Shown piece after piece: positions 13,291 through 25,377 of a DNA stretch of 64,000 nt. The position numbers were made by a program, and so were the translations under genes. The notes under the pieces are model-generated. The model did no database searches and was not told the origin of the DNA. It saw only the letters and a program-made list of their open reading frames with translations. Location: assembly GCA_000165425.1 (NCBI GenBank), contig CT867986.1, positions 573,399 through 637,398 on the forward strand. The letters run 5' to 3'. This stretch comes from Paramecium tetraurelia (taxonomy: Eukaryota). Numbering within the stretch: the first letter of the stretch is position 1; each line of letters begins with the position of its first letter.

Positions 13291-16079
13291 ATGTAAAGTC
13301 TGAATAGTTTTTAATATGACCGAGATAAAATTACTAATCCTTAAGTCGAAACAACAATGACAAAATAGAATATATAGATTGAAAGTGAAACCTCTCTCTG
13401 TTTATTAAACAATAAGAAAGCGGAAATATAAAGTCCTGATATTGGTTCTAATATAATATTTAAGCCATTCGCTAAATTAATATTATATTTCCACATCGCC
13501 TCATTTGTGATTAGATTTTAGAGATATTTTAAGCCTGATGGTTCATTTATGGATAAACATTTTGCAATTATTGGAGATAAAGGATCAGGTAATTCGAAAG
13601 ATTTTTTAGCCTTCAAGTCCAAAAAGCCATCTTTAACTGTCGTAAACTTTGAATCGGTTTCATGGACAGTTCATGTACCCTATTTGTATCGACAATATAA
13701 AAGAAAATTAGAATTTTTGGCTACTAAATGCTTTAATTAAATTCCATTAATAGAACCAACAAACAAAATAAAAATGATTTGGGATATAATACTCAACCTT
13801 ATCCGAATTGAATTGTTGTACCTGATCCCAATACTGATAACTTATGAGAAGTTGTTGGATCAATATCACCTGACTTTGATTATAGCTTCCTTTTGCTTTT
13901 TGGTAGACATGGGATTGAAGAACATCACTATATACTTTGATTAAGGTCTTCCTATCAGAGACAGATACCAAATCTTGCACAATCAAAATGGTTTTTTCGT
14001 TTTAATTGAATTTTCAGGATTGTTGGGAATGTTTATATTTGCTGTGTTTTATAATTATTATGATGATGTATTCATATTAAATGGTGGATACCTTAAATTA
14101 CTACTATTGTTAGTATTCTATTAAATAAAGAATATTTTAGTATTTATTGATAACTTGTCTTAATCAATGTCATTTGGAAAGGCAACCTCTGCAATCATAG
14201 AATTGACTAGGTTGCTTGGAATATAATTAATACTGTAACATCTAAGTTCTTGTCTATGGTACATTCTAGATTTATATTAGGATTATCATTGGTAGATACT
14301 GCCTTTAAAATGGTATAAAAAATTGGATTGAAATTAATCAGTTGACAGAAAGTAGTTGGGATGACATTTATATAGAATCCCTGTATTTTATTAGCATATC
14401 TATGTTTACAGTAGGATATGGAGATGTCCATCCAAATAGTAACTAGTTTTAATAATTTAGATAAAATTGAGAAAATCTTTTCTATATTTTTTGTATTTCT
14501 ATGCGCATTTCAGCTCTCCTATAGTTTGGATACAATAGGACACTTATTGCAATAACTGAAAAAGACGAGTGAACAAATCAATAAGAAGCTGACATTCATC
14601 AATTAGTATATGCATAACAAGAATATCAGCAAGGACCTCTAAGTTCAAGTGAGAGAATACTTGCAATACTTTTGGTATTAAGAACAGACCAAACAAACAC
14701 TACAGTAATAAAAGATCCTAAATTAATTGTCTGATGATTTAAGAAGGTCTTTGGCTTATGAATCAAATATTCTGGTGTTTAAGAAATGTAAAGTATTCGC
14801 TTAGGAGTTTTCTTAAAAGTTCTAAAATGATCTATTGAAACAGTTATCCTTTTCAAATTACCAGCCTAGTATTCAAATTAATACACACATCGATGGAGAG
14901 TTGTTTTTACATATAATAGAATCGGGGAAGGTTAATGTGTATGAAAAAAATGAAAAGGATAACCATCTAACTTTGATGGGATCTCATAAGGAAGGAGAAT
15001 GCTTTAATTTGGAATAATTTTTCAAATAGGAGAAATAAGATAGATTAGTTTACAAAAGTGCTGGTTTTGTTAGTACTTTAGTTGTTCCTTTTAGTTTGTT
15101 TTATTAAACTCTACAAGATTATCAGAATGATTTAGAGAAATATCAAGACATTAAAAATTAAATCTAATAATCTTAGTTCCAATTAAAACAATGTGTCTCA
15201 TGTGATTCAAGAAGACATCAATCAGATTTATGTAGATAAGTTCATTATATACCTGATAGAGAGAAAGTCTTAAAATCATACATTTATAATTAATGTTAAG
15301 AGAGATAATTTTTTGTTAGAAATCGAAATCGGTTGAAAAACTACTTCAGTGCAAAGGTTGATATCGAATTTCTGAAGGAGGCAGCAAATTTAGTGAAGGT
15401 TAGCAATGAGAGTCACACATTTCTTAAATTTCAAGATTTAGAAGAGCTGAATAATGATGAGAGTAAACCGCATCTGAAAATTAAACATGATGCTGATTCT
15501 ATTTCTCTTTTGATCAAAGAATTTGAGAGTAAAAGCTACATTCCCGATGGGAATTCTGAGCTGAAATTACAATAGTCTTGTTCTCGATCTCGAGGATTGA
15601 ACCAAGAAGAATTCAATGTTCTTCAAAGTATAAATTAAAAACTAAGAAATAAACAATGTTTTACCTCTCATGATATTGAACAAATGGAATTCACAATTAA
15701 GAAATTAGAATTAAATTACAATCATCAATTTATCTAAGATTTTGAGAAGCTAAAAGAATTTAAAATTTACAACGTAAATCACAATGTTTCACAAGTATTA
15801 AAGTGCTAAAACTATCCAATACGAAAACTTTAATATAATAATTCTAATAGTTATGAAACTTGCCAACTTAGTTAGGCTAGTTATTTATTAAAATACCTAT
15901 TGTACCCATTCGATTTTATAAATCAATATAGAGTTTTGAATTTGAACGATATGAAGAGAAGTTAAAAGATTTCGAAAGTATAGTAAAGACAAAGAAGAAT
16001 GTCGAAAGAACTTCTATTAAAAAGAATAGGTAGAAAACTGATATTTAGAAAGGCATTACAGATTCACCCAGCCAAATGA
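13291..16079 (+). CDS. K+ channel of the CNBD (KCNH/CNG-like) family, copy 1
   Basis: S1-S6, selectivity filter MFTVGYGDVHP, C-linker 'INQYMHNKNISKDLQVQVREYLQYFW', degenerate CNBD, CCHC motif. Two 22-nt introns. Confidence 0.9.
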
Positions 16080-16262
16080 GTAATGATAATATTAAATATT
16101 AAATGTTATCAATATTATACAAAACAAGATATCATGTATTTACGAGATCGAATAACTATCTGTATTGTTGTGATTGCAATCTAAGAGTTTTATGTTAAAA
16201 ATATGCATATTATTTCAATAATTGAAAATTTTTATTGATTTTTGGATTGAAAATAATAAAAA

Positions 16263-19082
16263 ATGAATTAGACCAACATAACAGATAACTCTCATATCTC
16301 TCATTGCCAATTAATGATTTAAGAGGAGTCTTTGCCTGGTTGCAATAATTCAAATCTCTATCATTCGATCGATATTTAAAATCAAACAGCTCAATAAATA
16401 TAATACCAAGAATGTCAAAGAATAGAGGACATCCCAGGTCAGAAAGAAAACTTAATCTAATCTGAAGTAAAAAAAAAACAATTTTCTCAATTAATGGTTC
16501 AATTCAATATCCATCATTTCAAAAGGAAGATGCTGTCCTATATTCATCCTTATAAGGAATTATCAAAAGGCTAGTTTAGCATGATCTCTGATAAGTCTTC
16601 ATCGTTCAAAAGCTATCCAAAAAAATAACAATAAAAAACATCGTTACTCCAATATAATAAGGCAGTGTTAGGATTTCGTAACATAATCAAAGATTTTAAT
16701 AATACTTTAGTAGCTTAAACCAAGAAAAAAGTGTCATAATTGATAGGCATAATCCCTATCATTAATCCGTACTCAACAACAAAATTGTTTTGGGATGGAA
16801 TAATCACCATAATGAGAATATACTTATTGATTTGGATTCCTATTTTGATTGCATTTAAAAATGGAACTTTGGAGGATTTGAACGCATATACTCTTAATGT
16901 GTGCAGTAGCGCTTTTTTAATTGATTTGGCAATGCAGACTTTTACAATAAGATTTGATAAGGGATTTCCTGTAAAAGATCGTTATCAATTGATACAATAT
17001 TAAATAAACTGGTGGACCGCAATAGAGTTATTTAGCTTTATTATATCTTTGTACTTCAGCATCCAATTTCATTAGAACAACTTTTCAATGTCAGTAGTAG
17101 AGGATAAAGGGTGGACCAAAACACTGCTGTTGCTGTTAATCGTCCAGACCAAAAATATTCTTTAGTTTATTGAGAATTTATAATGTGTAATAAAGCCGAG
17201 TAAGTCAACTAATTCATTAATCGAATTAGTGAAATTGATTTGTTTAATCTTATTAATCTAGCATATTTTTTCGTGCATATGGTATTGAAGAGATATAATT
17301 AGGGTTATCATTGGCACCTACGAGCATTTGAAATCTCAAACCTCTTGGCTTGATTTGGTGCACTTGGATATAGATTAGCCTTGGCATAACATTTATTTAG
17401 AGGCCATGTATTTCATAAGTGTGACTACATTTACAGTTGGATATGGAGATATAACCCCACAGAGTATATTCAATTTGATAAAGTATAGATACATCAGAAA
17501 AGTGTTTTACCATTGTCTACATGTTTTTCTGTACATTGTAGCTCTCTTATTCTGTAAATACGATAGGATCTATTTTGATCCAATTGAAGGAAAACAATGA
17601 GGAAATTAAATAGAAAATGACAGCTGTTACCGAACATATGACAAATAGACAAATGAGTCGTGGATTGTAGTTTAAGTATGGCAATAATTATCCCTTCATC
17701 TAGAGTTAGAGAGTATTTAACTTATTATTGGCAACAAGAGAACGTTTAAAAGAAAAATGAGACTGCCGAAATAATACGATTACTTCCAGAAGAACTTTAA
17801 AAGAGCATACAGAGAGAAGGAAGTTCCAATTTAATCAATAAGTGTTCATTTTTCAAAGAGAAATTTACTCCTGGGTTTCTAAATTAATTAGTGGAAATAG
17901 CTTATGTGTAGAACTTTTAGCCAGGAATAATAATCAATGATCTGCAAAATATATACATAATTGAATATGGATTTGTCGAAATCTTGCAAAATTAAGTATT
18001 TATATGATATCGATATTGATAGACTGTTGTTGGTTAATTAAGTTAATTTTAGTAGTTTGGCTTAAAAAAAGTGTCTATGGATTTGATAAATGAAACAAAA
18101 TATCGTACAAAATCATTTACAAATCTTCTTATTATTCCATATGCATCCTTAGTCTAATTAGTGGCATAAAATTAGAATGAATTGGAAATTGTATCATAGG
18201 CTAGTTTCAGTGTTAAAAATGAATGTGTTATATGCAAAGGTTCACATGTAACAGAATTGTGTCCCCAAGTGCATTTTATCCCAGACAAAGAAAAAGTAAT
18301 TAAAAAATATTTGTACAATTCTATACAGACTAGAGGAAGGATAAAGAGAAAACCTAAAGATTAGTTTTAAGAATGGAAAAACGAATTGAAGTTTTTTTAA
18401 GATACGGCTGAATAGTTCTAATAAGATTCCAGCAATGAAATCGAACTCCTATTCCCCAATAATGAAAAGTAATAACAAATGAACGCTTGTACATAGAATT
18501 CCCTACTTGAAATAAATGATGAGAAGCCTAAGTCAATTATAATTAATTTGCCTATAGGACAAAGGGGGGACTTGGATATGAAGATTGATAATAAGGATCC
18601 CTTAAAAAGTGATAGAAAATCAGAATTAAAAAATGATATCAGTGAACTATGTTTGAATCAGCAATTTGAAGCTATCTCTTAGAAATTCAAATAAATTCAA
18701 ATCTACAATGAAAAGATATAAAAGGACATTTTTTTACTGTATAAATAATTAGAATGCCTTTTGGGATAGAATGGATATGAAATTGATAAATATAAGAGTT
18801 ATAAACATTATTATAAGAGTTGGAATATCGAAAGAATCATAGTGGAACATAATTTTGCATCCAATTATATAAATCATCGAAGAAGCGAGAAGGTAGGTCT
18901 TGAGTAGATATCAAAATATCTATTGTTCCCGAAGATGTATTTACAAAAGTATCGAACTGAGAAACCTCCTGAGGTTTAGTAATAGCAGCAGCCCTAAGTG
19001 AATAAGAGTATAATTAATGAATATAATAGGCATCAGAACTTCCAAGAAAAAGAAGCGTATTGCCATCCATCCAGATTTTTGA
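16263..19082 (+). CDS. K+ channel of the CNBD family, copy 2
   Basis: TTFTVGYGDITP filter, C-linker 'VREYLTYYW', 'HFIPDKEKVIKKY', ends IAIHPDF*. Several tiny introns. Confidence 0.9.
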
Positions 19083-19107
19083 ATATTACATTATTAGTAA
19101 TTTTATA

Positions 19108-21934
19108 ATGGATTAAAATTAAAACATCAGTCGTTGTACTCTAATGATAAATGATAATCAGAGCGAATCTAATAACAATATTGATCATTCGATTATTGGA
19201 ATAGACGAAACGATTACCAAGAAGGTAGATTTAACTAAGAATATGAAATAAAAAACAAAGTTTGATCAAGCAGAAATCAATGTCTCATTTCAAAATTTGT
19301 AAAGTAATCAAACTAGCTCCATTTCTCCAAAGCAGAAATCCTTTTCAAAGTTATTGATTTATTTTCATTCAACCAAATACGCCAACAAAATGTTGCAATT
19401 TATTAGACCCAATCAGAAATTTCAAAGGAAGCATTTTGCAATCATTGATGATCCTGCATCATCATATAAGTATATGAAGAAAACAACAAACATCACTACA
19501 AACATAGTCAGATAACACTTATATTTGATTTGATTTCAGAATTAAATTTAGAATGAAATATAGAGCATTTAAAACTTCCTTAAAATAACAGTTACTTCTA
19601 TGCTTCTCATAAATTCCCTTGATTGAACCTTAAAGTAAATTCAAATTGTTATGGGATTTGATATTGAGTGCATTGAGAATGTACATGATAATATGGATGC
19701 CTATAGTAATTACATTCCATTCTAAAGATCTTGAATAATATCACAGTCTTTTTATCTTTTTAACCTGCCTATTTTTTATTCTAGACATTATCCTAAGAGC
19801 ATTCACAATATGCTACGACAAGGGACTTCCTCTGAAGGACAGATTCGAACTAGTGAAAAGGTAATTCACATTATCAACTGGGTTGGAATTGTTTACTATA
19901 TTATATGGGATCATTCTTACCTTCTCCTTTTTATCAGAAATAGAAAGTCCATACATACTGGAAGAGGATGGATGGCCTAGAATTCTACTTTTACTCTTCT
20001 ATTAATAAATAATGAATATTCTACAGTTTTTTGATACAATTTAGCATCAACTAAAATTGAGTAAGCTGAGTAATTCTTTTATAGAATTGCTTAAATTGGT
20101 GTTCTTGATTTTATTAATACAACATTTTTGTTGTTGTCTTTGGTAAGAATTATAGTGTATAATTAAGGGTAGTGATAGGAGAGTATAAGTAAAGGTAAGA
20201 CACAATCAATTGGCTTAAACGAGTGGAAGGAGAGCCTTGGTAAAATGTGTATTTGGAATCATTTTATTTTATGAGTGTTACTATGTTCACAGTAGGGTAT
20301 GGAGAGATAGTGCCAACAAGTAAGGTTCTTTTCTCTATTATAGACCCTATTGAGAAGATATTTTGTATCTGTTATATGTTTCTATCAACAATGCAGTTAT
20401 CATTTTCTGTGAATACAATAGGAACTATATTGACTTAAATCAAAGAGAACAATGAGAAGATCAGATAAAAAATGACTTGTATTAATGAATATATGAGAGA
20501 AAAATAAATTAGTCAAGGTTTGCAATATAAGTAAGAATAATTAAATCTAAGGTAGAGTGAGAGAATATTTTAATTTTTATTGGGAATAGGAAAATCATAT
20601 AAAAAAAAAATGAATAATCTGATTTGATCCAATTGTTACCAGAAGAATTGCAAACTGATCTCAAAATTGAGTCAGCTTAAGTTCTAATGAACAAATGTGA
20701 ATTTTTTAGGCAGTTCTTCTCCTAAAAATGCTTACATTAACTTCTCGAAAAAGTGGAGTTTAAGACCTTTTAACCTGGGATTATAATTGAAAATAATGAT
20801 CTTAATATATTCATTATTGAATAGGGTTTAGTTGAAGTTAAATAATAAAAGGTAAAGGTATATGTAATTTAAGAGATAATTATGTTATTTGAAGGAGAAT
20901 GATTATTTTGGTCATTTGGAAATGAAAAGTAATTAATCATCCTCTTTGCAATACAAGACAGCATCGTTTTGTAGTATTCTGATAATTCCCAATAAAGGAA
21001 TAAGGGAAGTTTTACAATAAAATGAAGTTGATTAGGAGTAATATTTGAAAATGAAAGAAATTATGTATTGTTATATCTGCTAAAATAAACATCATTCTAG
21101 TGATGATTGTCATCTGGTTCACTTTGTACCAGACAAGGAAAAGGTCATAAAGCAATACAATTTCATTCAGAACTAATGTCGTGACTTTTATAAACGATAA
21201 AGACACAGACATCATTTTTCTGCCTCCTAAGATTTTGAACTGATCTCTAATAGTGCTAAGATTTATCAAATAGAAAATGATCAAATCATAGAATAAATAG
21301 TTCCTAGTTTATTTTATGAGTAAAAGCAGTAAATTCAAGGATTCGAGGATTGCTTAAATCACGAGAAAATTAATTTAAGTGATAGCAATTATAGGCAAAG
21401 CAAATATTTATGTAAAGCTTCGGCATCTATAAAGATGCTAAGAACACAGACTATTGATATTTTGATGAATGATTATGGTACGAAGGAGATGTATGAGTAA
21501 ATTAAATAGAAATATTTAAATATCCATAAATACACTCAGTAATAATAACACGATCTCTAATTGCTTTATAAGTAGTTGACAAATAAGCGAGAGGATGATA
21601 CGGAGATTTGCGATAAGATCCACAACTTAAGGTGTAACAAGGATTGGAATTTGGAGAATGTCATTCGGAAGATTAATAGATGCTACAGATAGGAGTTTCA
21701 CTAAGCGGTGATAGAACAATTTCAGAAATATATGTTGTTTCCGAATTTGTTTGTATCTTTGTATAAGAGTAAGAAAATAAGAACTTAGGAGGACGAGGAA
21801 AGGCGGAATGCATCGGTGATCATTCAATAATATAAATAAAGTAAATTTGTGAATATAATCTATAAGATCTGAGAAACCTAAAGAGAAGAAATGGAAGAAT
21901 TGTACCTTAATTAATATTTAATATAAATTAATGA
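19108..21934 (+). pseudogene. K+ channel of the CNBD family, copy 3, interrupted by two +1 frameshifts (pseudogene, assembly error or recoding)
   Basis: TMFTVGYGEIVP filter and full-length similarity to copies 1 and 2, but in-frame TGA at 19531 and 20611, with homology resuming in the +1 frame each time. Confidence 0.7.
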
Positions 21935-23047
21935 ACGACAATAAGTAGAAAGATCTTGAGAGTCCAATTTTCTCAGTTGTGTGTTTTCCTGATTCTGTTT
22001 TAGTGAGTTTAGGAGGAGGAGGAAAGAAATACGGGTTGGTTAATAGTTTAGTAGATATACTTCAATATTCTTTAAGCAATTATTTCCGAAACCTATATAT
22101 GGAATATTGAAGGATCCCATTCATACTTTACAATTAGGAGACGAGATATTCTAAAGATTAAGACTAAACACGAAAACAGGATTAATTGTGGGAAATAGCG
22201 ATGATTAATGTGTGATATTGAAAGTTTAAGATAACAAGATCTCAATAGTAACTAAGTTTTAGACTGACAGGGCAGCAATAGAACCTTGTTAGAATGACGG
22301 TGTCTTCAATTATTAGGGGGATACTTTGGCCACAGGAGGAGAAGATGGAATTTTGAAGGTTTGGAGTAAGGATTATCAATTGAAATACACAGTGGATATG
22401 AAAGGGAAAATTTAATCATTAGATTATCATGTAGCAAATGGAATGGTATATCTGATTTTGACAATAGTTAATAGTGGCCACTGACAATGAAGAATGCAAG
22501 ATATTAAAGGATAGCCACGTGTTGCATAAATTAGATATTTCATAAAACAACATCCATAAATTGCAATTTATATCAGCTCTATTCTCATTAGATGGCACTA
22601 CTATATTCACATTCAAGAATCCAATGAGAGGAGCTTCCTATATGACAAGTTGGAGAATTGAAAATGACAACATTAAACCATTAAAAACAATAAAGATTCA
22701 TGGACATCCAGTAGTCAGTACTTGTTAATCAAAGGAAGGCATGTTCATTGGTATTGGATGTTCAGATGGAACTGTAAAAATAATAAATGCAAGGTAACAT
22801 TGATGTGTGTATGTTTTCTATTAGAAAATTGGATATTGAATCTAGTAAGTAGATCCATGAACTTCCCTGTACTGCCTTATGTTTTACTCCAGATTCTAGA
22901 TTCATTATATCGGGATCGGTGGATGCCAAATACCATTTTCTCTAAAATACTAGACCTTAAGGAATTTTTTCTTTACTTTCTAAATTCTGGCTGTTGGGTA
23001 TGTTGTTGGCATACTTGTTTATTGTAATAAAGGATTTATTTGAATGA
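21931..23047 (+). CDS. SEC12: Sec12/PREB-like WD40 guanine-nucleotide exchange factor for Sar1
   Basis: N-terminal 'PIFSV...VSLGGGGKKYGLVNSL' K-loop, WD40 'LATGGEDGILKVW', C-terminal TM 'FWLLGMLLAYLFIVI'. Confidence 0.8.
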
Positions 23048-23096
23048 GAGTTATCAAGTATAATTTAATAGTTATTTACATTAAAATTATTTTAAA

Positions 23097-23810
23097 ATGC
23101 ATAACAGAAACAAAACGAGCAAGTCATAGATGCAACCCTTAATTCAATTGACTATCGATTTAGGGAATCACAAATGCGATAGGATTGCTCTGTACAGGGA
23201 TACTAATCCATATTTAGAAGCTAAATAATTTGTCGAAAGAAATCATCTTGCCCAATCTATGGTTTAAGTAATATCGAATTGCATTATCAAACAAATGAAG
23301 GCCTATGATGAAATTTTGATGATAACGTATGTAATTTAATCAATAATTAAAGGACACTCAAACAGAAACTTCCTATTTGCGCAATTTGAAATCAAATCAT
23401 GATGAAATATAGGCTAAACAAAAAACTCCAAGTCCAAAACGATTTCACCCGAGTCCCAAACAAACAACTAAACAAAATCTGTCAAGAAGTCCTTCCAATA
23501 TTTCATTACATGATGAATTGCCCACAGATAAAGTCGTTGTGAAGAAACTATTCTAAATTTTAGATTCGGATTAGGATGGATTAATCTCAGCCAATAAAGT
23601 GAATTATAATAAATTACCAATCTAGTTAAAGAACAGAGTACCTTAATCAATATAATCTAGATTACTGTTCATTTAGAACAATCCTTGATCCCATTAGAGT
23701 TTGAAGAATTATATGAAAAATTGAAGAATGATCCATAGGAGGAATACTTTATCACTTTAAAATTGATAAGCTAAATTTTAGACATTCCAAAGATTAAAGT
23801 ACTAATATGA
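23097..23810 (+). CDS. Protein with N-terminal PFU-like domain and C-terminal EF-hand-like motif
   Basis: 'LTIDLGNHKCDRIALYRDTNPYLEAKQFVERNHLAQSMVQVISNCIIKQ' resembles PFU; 'LDSDQDGLIS' resembles an EF-hand loop. Confidence 0.5.
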
Positions 23811-23817
23811 ATAGAAA

Positions 23818-24913
23818 TCAATCATATAAAGAATAAATCATTAAACAACTTGCAAAGACTCCAAATTTCACTAAAAATCTTCTGACTTTTTTTCTGCTCT
23901 CTTCATACAATTATTTGGATCTATATCCTGTTATCAATGGATCCATCAAGTCCATCCAAACCTTTGGGAATTGAGCAATCATTATGCTTACTAAATACCC
24001 ACAAGGCAGTATTGGACTTTCAGGATCTATTTCTAATATTTAATATGGTTTTGATGGGTATTTGTGATGATCGCTATGTCTTTGTAGTTTAAACAACAAA
24101 TGATTGGTAATCCTATGAGGAGCATTCCATGAATGGTGATCACTAATCTATTCGTATTGATTATTTGGTAGCAGTTTTCTTCTTAAACCATAATGTTCAA
24201 TGTAATTTGAAGCTTCCAAATAGGCTATGCTCTAATAGACTTGTATTAAATAAAAGATGAATCCTTTGGTTGAGTATAACCTGTAAATTAAAATGCACAT
24301 TAAGATATTTAAGATTGTGTATCGTTACATCTTCTCCTTTTGCTTCCAGGCTTCCTTCCATTACACGACTATTGCTTTAGGAGTAAAGGAATGTAATGAC
24401 TAGCCTTTTTCTGCTGATACTGCATCCAAAGGAGTGCCAACATATCTATGATGAGTAAAGACATGTTCAATGTTGTAATGGCAATATAGACTCTTAACTA
24501 AGGTGTAGGTGCCAAGGAACTTGTCCAATTTGGTGTCTTTATGTAGAAGTTCATGTCCCACTGTGAAATTGTTAGAAGAGAGTCCTCCCCAAATGGACAT
24601 TAATCCAATTGTCTAAATTTAAATGAAAATAAAGTACATCGAACCATGAAACGTCATTCCAAGTCAGGTGATTCAAAACTGTAAACATCAAACACCAATC
24701 CAATACAACTACTAAGTAAAGTGGAATTCTATATGAAATATCATCTTCCAATTCTTTTGTTTATTTTGGATTAAAGTAGTCAAATGCAAGGATCTCATCC
24801 AGCAAAGGGATTATTACATAAATTGACCATAATATCATCCAAGGATTATCAATAAAAGTGATAGTGCATATTTATAAGATTGGCACAATATAGTACAATA
24901 ACTTGTTTTGCAT
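23818..24913 (-). CDS. Alkane 1-monooxygenase (AlkB)-type membrane di-iron hydroxylase
   Basis: HELLHK, EHVFTHHRYVGTPLD, NYIEHYGL, HSWN, LQRHSDHH, PYQ..L, PILPCGY and N-terminal IPLLD..D..NP motifs. One 25-nt intron at 24613-24637. Confidence 0.9.
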
Positions 24914-25377
24914 TATTAATTTTATATTTTAATTGACAACGCTTCTAAATATTTCATTAATATCTTAATTCTATTGTACATCCTCTCAGATTCCATAAGA
25001 AATCCAATTTCTATCCAATAGCTATGTAAATGCTTATTAGAGGAGGAAATTGAGGAACATATTCATTTAAACTAATTTGCACGCATAGATTATACTACAA
25101 AGGAGGAACTTAAGTGGGGGTTATATTTGGATCAGTTTGACGCACTGCTAAGTTTCTGTCTTATCGCTACAATTAATGGGTAAGATAAAAACAAGAGGTA
25201 TAAATTAAAGGGATTTTGGTTTGATCAATTTAGTTTACTATAATTTTATACCATTTTTGAAGTTTCTATTTAATTAAATGGATTTTTTGGTTGATTCTTA
25301 AATTATAGGAACTCAAATCTCACTTTATCTTAAAATAGGTTTAGTATATAATAATTTGAGTAATATCTATAAATAAT

